Positions 10,468 to 20,494 are shown, counted from the stretch's first letter. The stretch is 64,000 nt of DNA from an uncultured Eubacteriales bacterium (GCA_964646425.1 CAZYEI010000002.1:348-64347); one strand, 5' to 3'. The notes: generated by a model not told the origin, from the sequence alone. Numbers and translations are program-made.

Positions 10468-10821
10468 ATGGAAGAATATTCATATTACGATAAACCTAAA
10501 AAAGAAAAAAAGGCAAAAGCAAATATTGATAAAACAAAAGTTAAAAAAATTGTTGGAAAAGTTGTTTTATGGCTAGTTTATATTGCTTTAATTTCTGCAA
10601 TTATTTTCTTATCTATATGGGGTGTTGGCCTTGCATTAGGAGCTAATTTTGCTGCTGATTTACGTAAAGAATTTAATGAATTAATTAATGCTCAATATTA
10701 TAGTTCAGTAGATATGTATATCTACTTAATGTTAATTGTTGCAGTTGGTATTTTAGTAACTATTTTACTTGTTAGAGATAATATTTCAAAGAAAAAGAAA
10801 AAACCAACACATCGTTATTAA
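10468..10821 (+). CDS. Small two-TM membrane protein (117 aa)
   Basis: RBS AAAGGAG. A Lys-rich N-terminus is followed by two hydrophobic helices ('VVLWLVYIALISAIIFLSIWGV', 'IYLMLIVAVGILVTILLV') and a KKKKK tail. Confidence 0.45.
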   Translation: MEEYSYYDKPKKEKKAKANIDKTKVKKIVGKVVLWLVYIALISAIIFLSIWGVGLALGANFAADLRKEFNELINAQYYSSVDMYIYLMLIVAVGILVTILLVRDNISKKKKKPTHRY

Positions 10822-10849
10822 AATATTTTAGTTTTTATATTTTTAAATA

Positions 10850-10888
10850 AAAAATTGTTATTTATGATTTATAAATAACAATTTTTTC
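10850..10888 (+). terminator. Rho-independent terminator
   Basis: AAAATTGTTATTTA-tgattta-TAAATAACAATTTT followed by TT. Confidence 0.65.
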
Positions 10889-10918
10889 ATTTTAAGCAAG
10901 TAGTTATTATAATTGAAT

Positions 10919-10976
10919 AAAACTCCTTCTAAATTTAATTATTTTAGTTAATTAAACTTTTGAAGGAGTTTTTAAT
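10919..10976. terminator. Hairpin terminator downstream of the P-type ATPase gene
   Basis: A 10-bp stem AAACTCCTTC...GAAGGAGTTT with a large AT loop, followed by a T-tract on the plus strand. Confidence 0.4.
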
Positions 10977-10997
10977 CTTTTTGGTAAGTATTATTAA

Positions 10998-13640
10998 TTA
11001 TTTATTGCTGATAATAGTATTATCATTTTCAATTTTTTTGATTCTAACTTCAATTGTATAATTAAGATTTTTCCTTATAAATTTTTTTACAATAGAAGTA
11101 AAAGATAATGAGAAAATCCAAATTAATGGATATGCTGCTTCAGCAAGAACAATTATTAATAATATTTCAGTAACTGTCAACTTTTCAAAGCCGAAGAATC
11201 CTTGCAATGTTGGATTGAAAATACAAATACCTACTCCAGTTATCATTAATAAACAAAGCACAAGCTTAAATAAATTTAAAGGGAAACAAACTCTCAGTAA
11301 TACTAAAGTACATGTAATTGCAGTAGTCATTGTAATAATTGTTTGAATGTGACTTTGTTGAACAATATAACTTCCTTCAATATCTCCATTAATTTTTGAC
11401 AAAGCATATACTAAAATACTATTAAATAAGATAACTAAAGCACCAGGTAATGCTGTTTTAAAGACATTAAACAAGAATTTACCTGAAATTTTTGCTTTGT
11501 TTGGTAGAAAAGTTAGGAAGAATGATGGAATTCCTACGATTAAAAAGTCAATGATTATTAATTGTGTAGGTGTTAGTGGATATTGATATGGGACAAAATT
11601 AGGATCACCAAAAATTTTGATATTAAAGTAAATTGTTAATAGTGCTAAGAAAAATGAGAAGATATTTTTAGTAATGAAGAGAGTTGCTGATTTTTGCACG
11701 TTATTAATTACTTTTCTTCCTTCAGCCACAACTTTTGGCATTGAACCAAAATCCGAATCTAATAGTACAATTTGTGAAACATTTCTAGCAGCTTCACTTC
11801 CAGAAGCCATTGCGATACTACAATTTGCTTCTCTTAATGCTAAAATATCATTAACACCATCGCCGGTCATTGCTACAGTTTTCTTTCTAGCTTTTAATTC
11901 TTTAACAAGTAGTTGCTTTTGGCTAGGAGTAACCCGTCCGAAAACTGTATATTTTTCAACAATATCTCCTATTTTTTCATCAGGTACTGTAGATAAATCA
12001 ATATATTTATCACCATTTTCAATACCTGCTTTAACAGCAATACTAGAAACAGTTAAAGGATTATCACCAGAGATAACAATACAGCGTACTCCATTATCTT
12101 TGAAATATTTTAGTGTATCAGGAGCATTTTCTCGTATATTGTCTTGAATAACAATTAAGCTTATTGGCGAAATTGTTCCACTTATTTTATTGTCAATAAT
12201 ATTGTGATCGCTATGTGCTAATAGTAAAACACGATTACCTCTTTTCGTTTCTTTATTTACGGTAGATTGAATACTTTTATATATTGTTCTATCAATAAAT
12301 TCAGGGGCACCAATGATATAAGTTTCATTTTCTTTAAAAGTAACTGCACTATATTTTCTAGCGCTAGAGAAAGGAAGGGTACTAATAAAGCGACATCTTT
12401 TAGCTATTCCAAATTTATCGATAAGTGCTTGTGATGTCATATTTTTATCTTTTGTTGCATACATCATATTTGCAATGATTTGTTTTGTATCTTTTGCAGA
12501 TTCTGATAATTCAATAGTAGAGATAACTTTCATTGTACCATCGGTTATTGTTCCGGTTTTGTCTAAACATAAAACATCAACACGGGCTAGCATTTCAATA
12601 CAATACAATTCTTGAACTAAAACTTTTGATTTTGATAAAGTATAAACACTTGAAGCAAGTGCAATACTTGTTAGCAATAATAAGCCTGAAGGTACCATCC
12701 CAAGAATCGCAGTAACTGTTGTTCTAATTTCTTCTTGAGAACTATCTATATTAAAGTGTTCAAACCAATTTGTACTAGTTCCAATAAGTAAAAAAGCAAT
12801 AGGAATAATTAAGATAAAAACAGTCCAAACAAATTTTTTTAAACTTTTTAAAATTTCTGATTGGGGTTTTTGATAAGTCTTAGCTTGTTTAGCAAGTCTT
12901 TGAATGAAAGAATTGTCGCCGACTTCAGTTATTTGAATTTTTGCTTGCCCAGAGACAATATAACTTCCTCCAAATACTTCATTATTAATGTTCTTATTAA
13001 CAGCATCAGATTCTCCTGTAATCATAGCTTCATTAACTTCAAATTTCCCTTGTCTAACAATTCCATCTGCGGGAATTTGTTGACCATTTTCGACAATTAC
13101 AATATCATCAACAACAATATTTTCGGAATTTATTTCATATAATTGGCCATTTCTAATGACTTTTACTTTTGGCATAATGCTAAAAGATAATTTATCAATG
13201 GTATGTTTAGAACGAATTTCTTGGAAAATACCAATTGCAATATTGGCAGTATATGGTAAAACAAACATAAAATCAGAAAGTTGTGATTTAGTAATAATTA
13301 ATAATACTGCTAGTGAAACACAAATTAGATTAAAAATATTAAATAAATTAGAAAAAACTATGCTCAATATTGTTTTGCTGTTTTCATTCTTAACAACATT
13401 ATTTAAGCCTCTAATTCTTCTTTCTTCAACTTGTTCGTCATTTAATCCCTCGTTGATATTAGGATTAATTCTAATAAGCGGAGGTAAGTCCTTAATATTT
13501 ATTTTTTTCTCTTTAGTTTTTTTATTAAAATCATTTTCTTCATTTGCCAAAGAAACTGAATTGTTTTTTCCTTGTATTTGTTCATTAGTAAAAAGCGATG
13601 GAACAATGACTTTTTCAGTTTCTTGTTTTTTCTTAGCCAT
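10998..13640 (-). CDS. Cation-transporting P-type ATPase (Ca2+/Mg2+ type, YloB-like)
   Basis: Contains the 'DKTGTIT' phosphorylation site, the 'MTGDGVNDILAL' hinge, a cation-ATPase N-terminal domain and 8-10 TM helices. Confidence 0.85.
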   Translation of the reverse strand: MAKKKQETEKVIVPSLFTNEQIQGKNNSVSLANEENDFNKKTKEKKINIKDLPPLIRINPNINEGLNDEQVEERRIRGLNNVVKNENSKTILSIVFSNLFNIFNLICVSLAVLLIITKSQLSDFMFVLPYTANIAIGIFQEIRSKHTIDKLSFSIMPKVKVIRNGQLYEINSENIVVDDIVIVENGQQIPADGIVRQGKFEVNEAMITGESDAVNKNINNEVFGGSYIVSGQAKIQITEVGDNSFIQRLAKQAKTYQKPQSEILKSLKKFVWTVFILIIPIAFLLIGTSTNWFEHFNIDSSQEEIRTTVTAILGMVPSGLLLLTSIALASSVYTLSKSKVLVQELYCIEMLARVDVLCLDKTGTITDGTMKVISTIELSESAKDTKQIIANMMYATKDKNMTSQALIDKFGIAKRCRFISTLPFSSARKYSAVTFKENETYIIGAPEFIDRTIYKSIQSTVNKETKRGNRVLLLAHSDHNIIDNKISGTISPISLIVIQDNIRENAPDTLKYFKDNGVRCIVISGDNPLTVSSIAVKAGIENGDKYIDLSTVPDEKIGDIVEKYTVFGRVTPSQKQLLVKELKARKKTVAMTGDGVNDILALREANCSIAMASGSEAARNVSQIVLLDSDFGSMPKVVAEGRKVINNVQKSATLFITKNIFSFFLALLTIYFNIKIFGDPNFVPYQYPLTPTQLIIIDFLIVGIPSFFLTFLPNKAKISGKFLFNVFKTALPGALVILFNSILVYALSKINGDIEGSYIVQQSHIQTIITMTTAITCTLVLLRVCFPLNLFKLVLCLLMITGVGICIFNPTLQGFFGFEKLTVTEILLIIVLAEAAYPLIWIFSLSFTSIVKKFIRKNLNYTIEVRIKKIENDNTIISNK

Positions 13641-13790
13641 CTTATCACCTTCCTAAATTGTAGCTTAATATATTTTATCATTAATAATTGATAATTACTA
13701 TAAACAAAAAATAAAAAATTAGTATATTAATAAAAAACTGTAAATAAAATAGTTTATCTTAATAATTCTATTTTTTTACAGCTTATTGTT

Positions 13791-15497
13791 TTATTCGATT
13801 TCTAAAACCACTGATTCAAAAGGTTTTAATTTTAAATTTTCTAGTGAGAAGTATTGATGCTTATAATTTGAAATAATAACATTTTTAATCTTATATGGTA
13901 ATGAGACACAAGCATCTTTTGCAAAGAAATTAGATATAATTAATAATCTTTGTCCATTATGTTCTCTTATATATGAATAGACATCTTTGTTTTCATAATC
14001 AACTATTGAATATGAACCATATACGATTGTTTCTTTATATATACTGTTGCGGCGAAGTGCAATAACTTTTTTATAATGGCTAAGTATTGAGTTTTCGTCA
14101 TTTATTTGATTTTCCACATTGATTGTTTTATAGTTTGAAACACAATCAATCCAGGGTTTATGAGTTGAAAAACCAGCATATTTTTCACTTGACCATTGCA
14201 TAGGAGTTCTAGCGTTCGCACGACTTGAACGTCTTAAATGTGCTATTATTTGTTCATCGCTTAGGCCACGTTCTTTTGCTACGTTATAATAAGTTTTAAC
14301 CCAGACATCATTAAATTGAGATACTTCAGTATAGTCGACATTTGTCATACCAATTTCTTCTCCATTATAAATGAAAGGAGTTCCCCATAGAAAATATAGA
14401 GCATTACATAAACACTTAGCAGATTCGTTGTGATAATTTTTAGGATCACCATATTGACTAACAACACGAGGATGATCGTGATTTAACCAATATATAGGAT
14501 TCCAGCCTTTGCCAAAAAGTCCTAATTGCCATTTTGTAAATTGGTCTTTTAAAGAAATAAGATTAGTAATTATTTCTTCGTCTTTCTTTGTGTCAGCACC
14601 ATAAGCACCATTTTCCCAACAATGATCGAATGTAAAAGTCATATCGGTTTCATGAGAAGCATATCCAGAATAATTTAATGCTTGTTCAGGTGTTGCACCA
14701 CCTCCGGCTTCTCCTACAGTTACACAATCGTATTTTGAGAAAACCTCACGGTTTAATTCTTTTAAATAATCGTGGATTTCAGCTCTATTTGAAAATTTTG
14801 ACCAATCTTGAGAATATTTATTGCCTGGAGTAATTTCACCATCGCTAAAAGTTAAATCTCTTCCTAAATGTGCAATAGCATCAATTCTAAAACCATCAAT
14901 TCCTTGATCTAACCACCAAGTTGCCATTTCAATCATTGCTTTTCTTAATTTAGGATTTGCCCAGTTTAAATCTGGCATTTTATCAGAAAATATTTTCATA
15001 AAATATTGATTAGTTTTTTCATCGTATTTCCAACAAGAACCTTCAAAAAATGAAGCTAAATTATTTGGGGGTAATCTATTCCCATTTTTATCATATTTTG
15101 GGTCTTGCCAAATATAAAAATCTCGATAGGCATTATCTTTGCTTGAACGAGCTTCAATAAACCAAGGATGTTCATCTGAAGTATGATTTAAAACTAAGTC
15201 CATAATTACATGGATACCTCGTTCATGTGCTTCCTTAATTAATCTTTTAGCATCTGCCATTGTACCATATTCTTTAGCAATATCAAAAAAATCACTAACA
15301 TCATATCCGTTATCATCCATTGGTGATTTGTAAATAGGACACAACCAAATTAAATTTACACCTAAATCTTTTATATAATCTAATTTAGAAATAATACCGG
15401 GTAAGTCCCCAATACCATCGTTGTTTGAATCCATAAATGAACGGGGATAAATTTGGTATCCGACAGCTTCCATCCACCATTTTTTTTCAAATTTCAT
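13791..15497 (-). CDS. GH13 alpha-glucosidase / oligo-1,6-glucosidase family
   Basis: 'YQIYPRSFMDSNNDGIGDLPGI...DLGVNLIWLCPIYKSP' and 'GFRIDAIAHL' are GH13 regions I and II. The start was moved to 'MKFEKKWW' because AAAGGAGAAAT precedes that ATG; the tracked start adds 46 unlikely codons. Confidence 0.8.
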   Translation of the reverse strand: MKFEKKWWMEAVGYQIYPRSFMDSNNDGIGDLPGIISKLDYIKDLGVNLIWLCPIYKSPMDDNGYDVSDFFDIAKEYGTMADAKRLIKEAHERGIHVIMDLVLNHTSDEHPWFIEARSSKDNAYRDFYIWQDPKYDKNGNRLPPNNLASFFEGSCWKYDEKTNQYFMKIFSDKMPDLNWANPKLRKAMIEMATWWLDQGIDGFRIDAIAHLGRDLTFSDGEITPGNKYSQDWSKFSNRAEIHDYLKELNREVFSKYDCVTVGEAGGGATPEQALNYSGYASHETDMTFTFDHCWENGAYGADTKKDEEIITNLISLKDQFTKWQLGLFGKGWNPIYWLNHDHPRVVSQYGDPKNYHNESAKCLCNALYFLWGTPFIYNGEEIGMTNVDYTEVSQFNDVWVKTYYNVAKERGLSDEQIIAHLRRSSRANARTPMQWSSEKYAGFSTHKPWIDCVSNYKTINVENQINDENSILSHYKKVIALRRNSIYKETIVYGSYSIVDYENKDVYSYIREHNGQRLLIISNFFAKDACVSLPYKIKNVIISNYKHQYFSLENLKLKPFESVVLEIE

Positions 15498-15629
15498 AAA
15501 TATTTCTCCTTTTTGTATGAATCCTTTATTATAGTAGCATATTTTAAAAAAATGTTTAAGTGAAATGATTAATCTTTTTTGCATTTTTAATGCTAAAATT
15601 ATATAATTGATAAAGATGGGGGAATTATT

Positions 15630-16607
15630 ATGCAAGAATATAAAGTATCAGAGCAAGAAGAAAATCAAAGAATTGATAAATACATAAAAAAATATCATCC
15701 AAATATCCCTCTATCTTTAATATATAAAATTTTTAGAAAAAAAGATGTTAAAGTAAATGGAAAAAGAACTAATAATATTCAATATATTATAAAAAAAGAT
15801 GATTTAATTCAAATTTATTTTCCATTAAATATCGAAATTGAAAAAGAAAAAAAAATAAAAAATATCCCGATAACTTTTGATATTATATATGAAGATGAAA
15901 ACATATTAGTATGTAATAAACCAGTTGGACTATTGGTTGTTGAAGATAGTAGTGAAAAGAATAATACTTTGGCCAATCAAGTAATTTCTTATTTAGAAAA
16001 AAATGGCGAGTATGACCCTATGAAAAAAGGTTTTGTACCTGCTCCCATTCATAGAATCGATAGAAATACAAGCGGTCTTGTATTAGTGGGAAAAAATTTA
16101 TCTTCAGTTCAAACACTTACAGCTTTATTTAAAAATCATAATCAAATTCAAAAGGAATATTTAGCACTTGTTTTTGGAAAGGTTAAGAAAGAAGGTAGTA
16201 TAACTAGTGCATTGATTAAAAATGAAAATACTTCCTTAGTGAGAATAGCTAAAGCAAATGAAAAAGGACTTACAGCGATAACAAAATATAAGCCAATTCA
16301 AGAATATGAAAATACTACTTTATTATCTATAAAAATTGAGACTGGAAGAACACATCAAATCAGAGTACACATGTCAAGTATTGGATTTCCGCTTGTTGGA
16401 GATGCTAAATATGGTGATTTTATAGGTAATAAAATAATTAAGCAGAATTATGGTTGGCAATTTCAATTTCTTCATGCTCATAAAATTAGATTAACTGGCT
16501 TAAATGGAGAATTATCTTATTTGAATGATAAGGTGTTTGAGGCACCACTTCCATTTGAAAATAAAAAATTATTAGAAAAATTAAGTAAAAAAAATATTGT
16601 TAGATAA
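15630..16607 (+). CDS. RluA-family 23S rRNA pseudouridine synthase (RluD-like) with an S4 domain
   Basis: Has the catalytic 'HRIDRNTSGLVLVGK' motif and an S4-like N-terminus. The RBS is GATGGGGGAA. Confidence 0.8.
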   Translation: MQEYKVSEQEENQRIDKYIKKYHPNIPLSLIYKIFRKKDVKVNGKRTNNIQYIIKKDDLIQIYFPLNIEIEKEKKIKNIPITFDIIYEDENILVCNKPVGLLVVEDSSEKNNTLANQVISYLEKNGEYDPMKKGFVPAPIHRIDRNTSGLVLVGKNLSSVQTLTALFKNHNQIQKEYLALVFGKVKKEGSITSALIKNENTSLVRIAKANEKGLTAITKYKPIQEYENTTLLSIKIETGRTHQIRVHMSSIGFPLVGDAKYGDFIGNKIIKQNYGWQFQFLHAHKIRLTGLNGELSYLNDKVFEAPLPFENKKLLEKLSKKNIVR

Positions 16608-17420
16608 TTAATTATTTAACAATATTTTTTCTAATATTTTACTAACTCCACCTTCTTTGTTAGTAAAATCGGTAACAATGTTTGCTGCTTTTTTTGTCTC
16701 CTCATCACTATTTTTCATAGCAATACCTAATCCACACATTTTAATCATGTCTAAATCGTTATCAGCATCACCAATGGCAATAATTTGTGAAAGAGGAATA
16801 TTATAATAGTCAGCAATATAGCGTAATCCTTCAGCTTTATTTGTTTTTTCAACGAATAATTCAACGACAGTAGGATAATTTCCACCCCAGTAACGATAGA
16901 TATAATTTTGATGATTCGCCATAAAATTATTGAAAATCGAAATATCATCTAAACTTTTTAATTCAATAATGATTGTATTGACATCTTTTGTTAAAACATC
17001 TTTCATTTTTCCTTCATGAATTGGTATACCGTCTTGCCAAAAATAAGCACTTAGTTTAGGATTGTTATTATGAACAAAAACTTCATCTTCAGTTTCAGCC
17101 ATTATAGATTTAAAATGATTCCCTAGGCTATTTTCTAAATCAATTATAAAGTCTTTATTAATTGTTTTTTTCAGGGGAATAAAATTATTATCATTTGGAT
17201 TATGAATATAAGCTCCATTGTAATTAATCATAGGAGTATCTAATTTTAATTGATTATAAAATTTTTTACTTGCTCTAAATGGTCTTCCAGTTGCAATAAC
17301 AATTTTGTAATTCATATTTTTTAATTTTTCGATTGTCTTTATGTTATCTATATGAATTGTAGTAATTGAGTCAAGTAAAGTTCCATCACAATCAATGGCT
17401 ATTAATTTATATTTATTCAT
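16608..17420 (-). CDS. Cof-type HAD-IIB phosphatase
   Basis: Contains 'LIAIDCDGTLLD' (motif I) and 'IAIGDADNDLDM' (motif IV). Confidence 0.8.
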   Translation of the reverse strand: MNKYKLIAIDCDGTLLDSITTIHIDNIKTIEKLKNMNYKIVIATGRPFRASKKFYNQLKLDTPMINYNGAYIHNPNDNNFIPLKKTINKDFIIDLENSLGNHFKSIMAETEDEVFVHNNNPKLSAYFWQDGIPIHEGKMKDVLTKDVNTIIIELKSLDDISIFNNFMANHQNYIYRYWGGNYPTVVELFVEKTNKAEGLRYIADYYNIPLSQIIAIGDADNDLDMIKMCGLGIAMKNSDEETKKAANIVTDFTNKEGGVSKILEKILLNN

Positions 17421-17421
17421 A

Positions 17422-18408
17422 CTAAATTAATCCTATCTTTGATTCGACTTTTAATAATTTTTTGCGTGCTATAGCTCTGGCTTTATTAGCACCTTCTTCA
17501 AAGATTTGCTTTAATTTATCTGAATTTTTAATCTTTTGATATTTTTCTTGGATTTCAGAAAGAGTTGCTACCACTTGATCGGCAACAGTTTTCTTAAATT
17601 CACCATAATTTTTACCAATGAATTCATTTTCGATTTCTGATAATGATTTACCACTTAGTGAAGCATATATTTGCATTAAGTTAGAGATGCCAGGTTTATT
17701 TTTTTCATCATAATGAACAGACATTTCACTATCAGTTACAGCTGACATAATTTTTTTTCTAGCAACATTTAAATCATCAAGTAAATAGATACATCCCTTA
17801 TCGTTTTCATCATCGGATTTTGACATTTTTTTACTTGGATCTTGTAATGACATGATTCTTGCTCCAACTTTTTCGACAATTGGAGTTGGCTTTACAAAGA
17901 CATCGCCATATTTGTTATTAAAACGGTCAACTAAATCTCTTGTTAATTCAACATGTTGCTTTTGATCATCACCGACAGGTATATATTTAGCATCATATAA
18001 AATAATATCAGCAGCCATCAATAGTGGATATGTAAATAATCCTACGGTAATATTGCCATCTTTGCTTTTAGTTGATTTATCTTTGTATTGAGTCATTCTT
18101 GATAATTCACCCATGTAACCATAACAATTTAAAATAAATCCTAAGTTAGCGTGCTCTAAAACATCACTTTGAATAAAAAGAGTTGTCTTTTCTGGATCTA
18201 AACCACAAGCAATATATAAAGCTGCTATATCATTAATGTTTTGCTTTAATTCTTTTTTTTCGATTGGTACAGTAATTGCATGTAAGTTAGCAATAAAAAC
18301 ATACATCTCATATTCATCTTGATATTTAATAAAATTTCTAATAGCGCCAATATAATTACCTAAAGTAAGTTTACCAGATGGCTTAATACCACTTAACATT
18401 CTATCCAT
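17422..18408 (-). CDS. trpS: Tryptophan--tRNA ligase
   Basis: 'LSGIKPSGKLTLGNY' is a HIGH-like motif and 'KMSKS' is present, on a class-I TrpRS fold. Confidence 0.9.
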   Translation of the reverse strand: MDRMLSGIKPSGKLTLGNYIGAIRNFIKYQDEYEMYVFIANLHAITVPIEKKELKQNINDIAALYIACGLDPEKTTLFIQSDVLEHANLGFILNCYGYMGELSRMTQYKDKSTKSKDGNITVGLFTYPLLMAADIILYDAKYIPVGDDQKQHVELTRDLVDRFNNKYGDVFVKPTPIVEKVGARIMSLQDPSKKMSKSDDENDKGCIYLLDDLNVARKKIMSAVTDSEMSVHYDEKNKPGISNLMQIYASLSGKSLSEIENEFIGKNYGEFKKTVADQVVATLSEIQEKYQKIKNSDKLKQIFEEGANKARAIARKKLLKVESKIGLI

Positions 18409-18411
18409 AAT

Positions 18412-18650
18412 TTTTCCTCCTTAAAATAAAAAAAACACCTTATTTTTTGGGACGCTTAAAGCGTGGTGCCACCCAAATTTATTAGAATTTAATAACAAAT
18501 TCTAACCTCTAATGCGATAACGGGCTTCCGTCGATTTCTCGAATAAAATGTAATACCATTTCTTGCTTTTATTACGTTTATCTTGCAGCAACCGATAAAT
18601 TTCTTATTTCCCATAAAAGTAATACTTAATTTTACAAGTCCATTTAATTA
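18412..18650 (-). ncRNA. T-box riboswitch leader (likely Trp-specific) controlling trpS-cof
   Basis: The minus-strand 'AAATTTGGGTGGCACCACGC' matches the T-box consensus AATTAGGGTGGNACCGCG. It is followed by a terminator/antiterminator hairpin (ACGCTTTAAGCGT) and a U-tract just upstream of the trpS start. Confidence 0.65.
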
Positions 18651-18661
18651 TAAAAAAGTAA

Positions 18662-19324
18662 ATGAAAACTGTCAATAAACAATTGAAAAAAACAAAGAAA
18701 AATTCTATAATAATTCTATTGAAAGATGGTGAAAATATGAAATTTAAAATCATTCGACATTTTATGACTATTGTAAAACATAAGCATTATGTTTTTTTGA
18801 ATTGCATAAAATGTGGAATACCTTTTAGAGGATTTTTACATGATTTTTCCAAATTTTCACCGACAGAATTTATAAATTCTTGTCACTATTTTGTTGGTAC
18901 AAGTTCGCCAGTATATGAACAGCGAAAAGATAATGATTTAGTTAGTACAATTGCACTTCATCATACAGGTCGAAATAAACATCATTGGGAATATTGGGTT
19001 GATTTTCATAGAGGAAATATTATTATTTCAATGTTTCCTTATAAATATGCAGTAGAGTATTTTTGTGATATGATAGCAGCAAGTAGAGTTTACAATGGTA
19101 AATTTTTTAAAAGAGAAATGGTAATTGAATATTGGAATGATAAAAAGCAAAAATATTATTATGTACATCCTAAAATGATTGAATTTGTTACTTGGGCATT
19201 ACAAGAATATGCTAATAATGGTTTTAAATATTTGAAGAAAAAAGATACTAAAAAAAAGTATAATGAGTTGATGAAAGATTCAACTACAGTTGTTAAATAT
19301 AAAGTGGGATTGGAGGAATTATAA
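18662..19324 (+). CDS. Hypothetical HD-motif protein (DUF5662-like), His-rich
   Basis: 'KHKHYVFLNCIKCGIPFRGFLHDFSKFSP' is an H...HD-like motif and 'ALHHTGRNKHHWEYW' follows. Its stop overlaps the spx start (TAATG), so the true start may be an internal ATG. Confidence 0.4.
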   Translation: MKTVNKQLKKTKKNSIIILLKDGENMKFKIIRHFMTIVKHKHYVFLNCIKCGIPFRGFLHDFSKFSPTEFINSCHYFVGTSSPVYEQRKDNDLVSTIALHHTGRNKHHWEYWVDFHRGNIIISMFPYKYAVEYFCDMIAASRVYNGKFFKREMVIEYWNDKKQKYYYVHPKMIEFVTWALQEYANNGFKYLKKKDTKKKYNELMKDSTTVVKYKVGLEEL

Positions 19325-19752
19325 TGTTGACAGTTTATGTATCTCCTAGTTGCTCGTCATGTAGAAAAGTAAAAGAATGGTTAACAGAACATAATATTGA
19401 ATTTAAAGAAAAAAATATTTTTAATGCTGTTTTAAATGAAAATGAATTAAAGGATATTTTGGCTAAAACAGAAAATGGAACAGAAGATATTATTTCGACT
19501 CGTTCAAATGCTTTCAAAAATCTAAATAAAAGTATTGATGATTTTACTGTTAAAGAACTGATAAATTTTATTCAAACTAATCCATCTGTTTTAAAAAGAC
19601 CAATTATCGTAAGTGATAGAATTGTTCAAGTTGGTTATAATGCAGAAGAAATTAGAACTTTTATCCCACCAGAATTAAGAAAATTAACTTCAAAAACTTG
19701 TGGGGAATGTTTGTGCTCAAATGAAGATTGTAATTGTAATAAATGTAAATAA
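19324..19752 (+). CDS. spx: Spx/ArsC-family redox regulator with a Cys-rich C-terminal tail
   Basis: The N-terminal 'VYVSPSCSSCRKVKEWL' CxxC motif sits on an ArsC/Spx fold. The additional 'CGECLCSNEDCNCNKCK' tail is not present in canonical Spx. Confidence 0.65.
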   Translation: MLTVYVSPSCSSCRKVKEWLTEHNIEFKEKNIFNAVLNENELKDILAKTENGTEDIISTRSNAFKNLNKSIDDFTVKELINFIQTNPSVLKRPIIVSDRIVQVGYNAEEIRTFIPPELRKLTSKTCGECLCSNEDCNCNKCK

Positions 19753-19846
19753 AATTTAATATCAATTTAGGTATTTAAATTTTTAAAACTCAAAATTATT
19801 ATTAATATATTTACTTCAAAATAAAAAAATATATATGAATTTATTA

Positions 19847-19921
19847 AAAAAGGAACTATAATTCCTAGAAATAAATAATTTTGTTGATTTATTTCTTTAT
19901 AGTTCCTTTTAATATTTGTGT
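19847..19921. terminator. Compound bidirectional hairpin between convergent spx and CYTH genes
   Basis: An outer stem AAAAGGAACTATA / TATAGTTCCTTTT encloses an inner stem AGAAATAAAT / ATTTATTTCT. Confidence 0.55.
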
Positions 19922-20494
19922 TGCTCTATAAGCTCTTGCCCTTTTACCCATTTTATTTACAATATAGTCAATTCCGATTTCATGTAAAAGATTCTTTATT
20001 GTAGTTACACATTGAGCCATAGTTTCGCCTTCAAACTCAAGTTCGTAATCGATAACATTTGCATAATGATTTTCGTCGATTGCAAGTAATCCATCATCAT
20101 ATTCTACCTCATATCTATATGTTGTAAGGGTAGCTATATGATTAACTTTTTTGTTGTTTAATAATAAGTTTAATCTTTCTTTAACTTCACCATCAGGTAA
20201 GTTTCCATATGCTAAAGTTATTACAAAATCACGATATGAAATATTTTGATTTAATTCGATTGAAGATCCATCTTTTTGGCGTAGTTTTGCAGTCATTTCA
20301 TATATATCATTTTTTTGTAAATGACGAATTCTAAATGCAATTTTATGTGATTGAAACATCATGTCTTCGGTATCAAAATAGTAGTTAATTTGCTTAATTT
20401 GTTTCTCTTTTAGAAAGGAAAAATAATTAATAATCCTTTCATAATCATTTTTAGTTAATAATGCTTTTGCTTCAACTTCCTTATTTATTGTCAT
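19889..20494 (-). CDS. CYTH-domain protein (CyaB / triphosphatase-like; YjbK-like)
   Basis: 'EVEAKALLTKNDYERI' is the CYTH N-terminal motif with EXEXK-like acidic/basic residues. A YjbK-type gene beside spx matches Bacillus synteny. Confidence 0.6.
   Translation of the reverse strand: MTINKEVEAKALLTKNDYERIINYFSFLKEKQIKQINYYFDTEDMMFQSHKIAFRIRHLQKNDIYEMTAKLRQKDGSSIELNQNISYRDFVITLAYGNLPDGEVKERLNLLLNNKKVNHIATLTTYRYEVEYDDGLLAIDENHYANVIDYELEFEGETMAQCVTTIKNLLHEIGIDYIVNKMGKRARAYRATQILKGTIKK

Noticed and set aside
11674-13681. Several plus- and minus-strand ORFs (157, 60, 93, 166 and 60 aa) opposite or within the P-type ATPase gene
   Set aside because: They lie antisense to, or are frame-shifted within, a CDS with unmistakable P-type ATPase motifs. 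Their translations are low-complexity.
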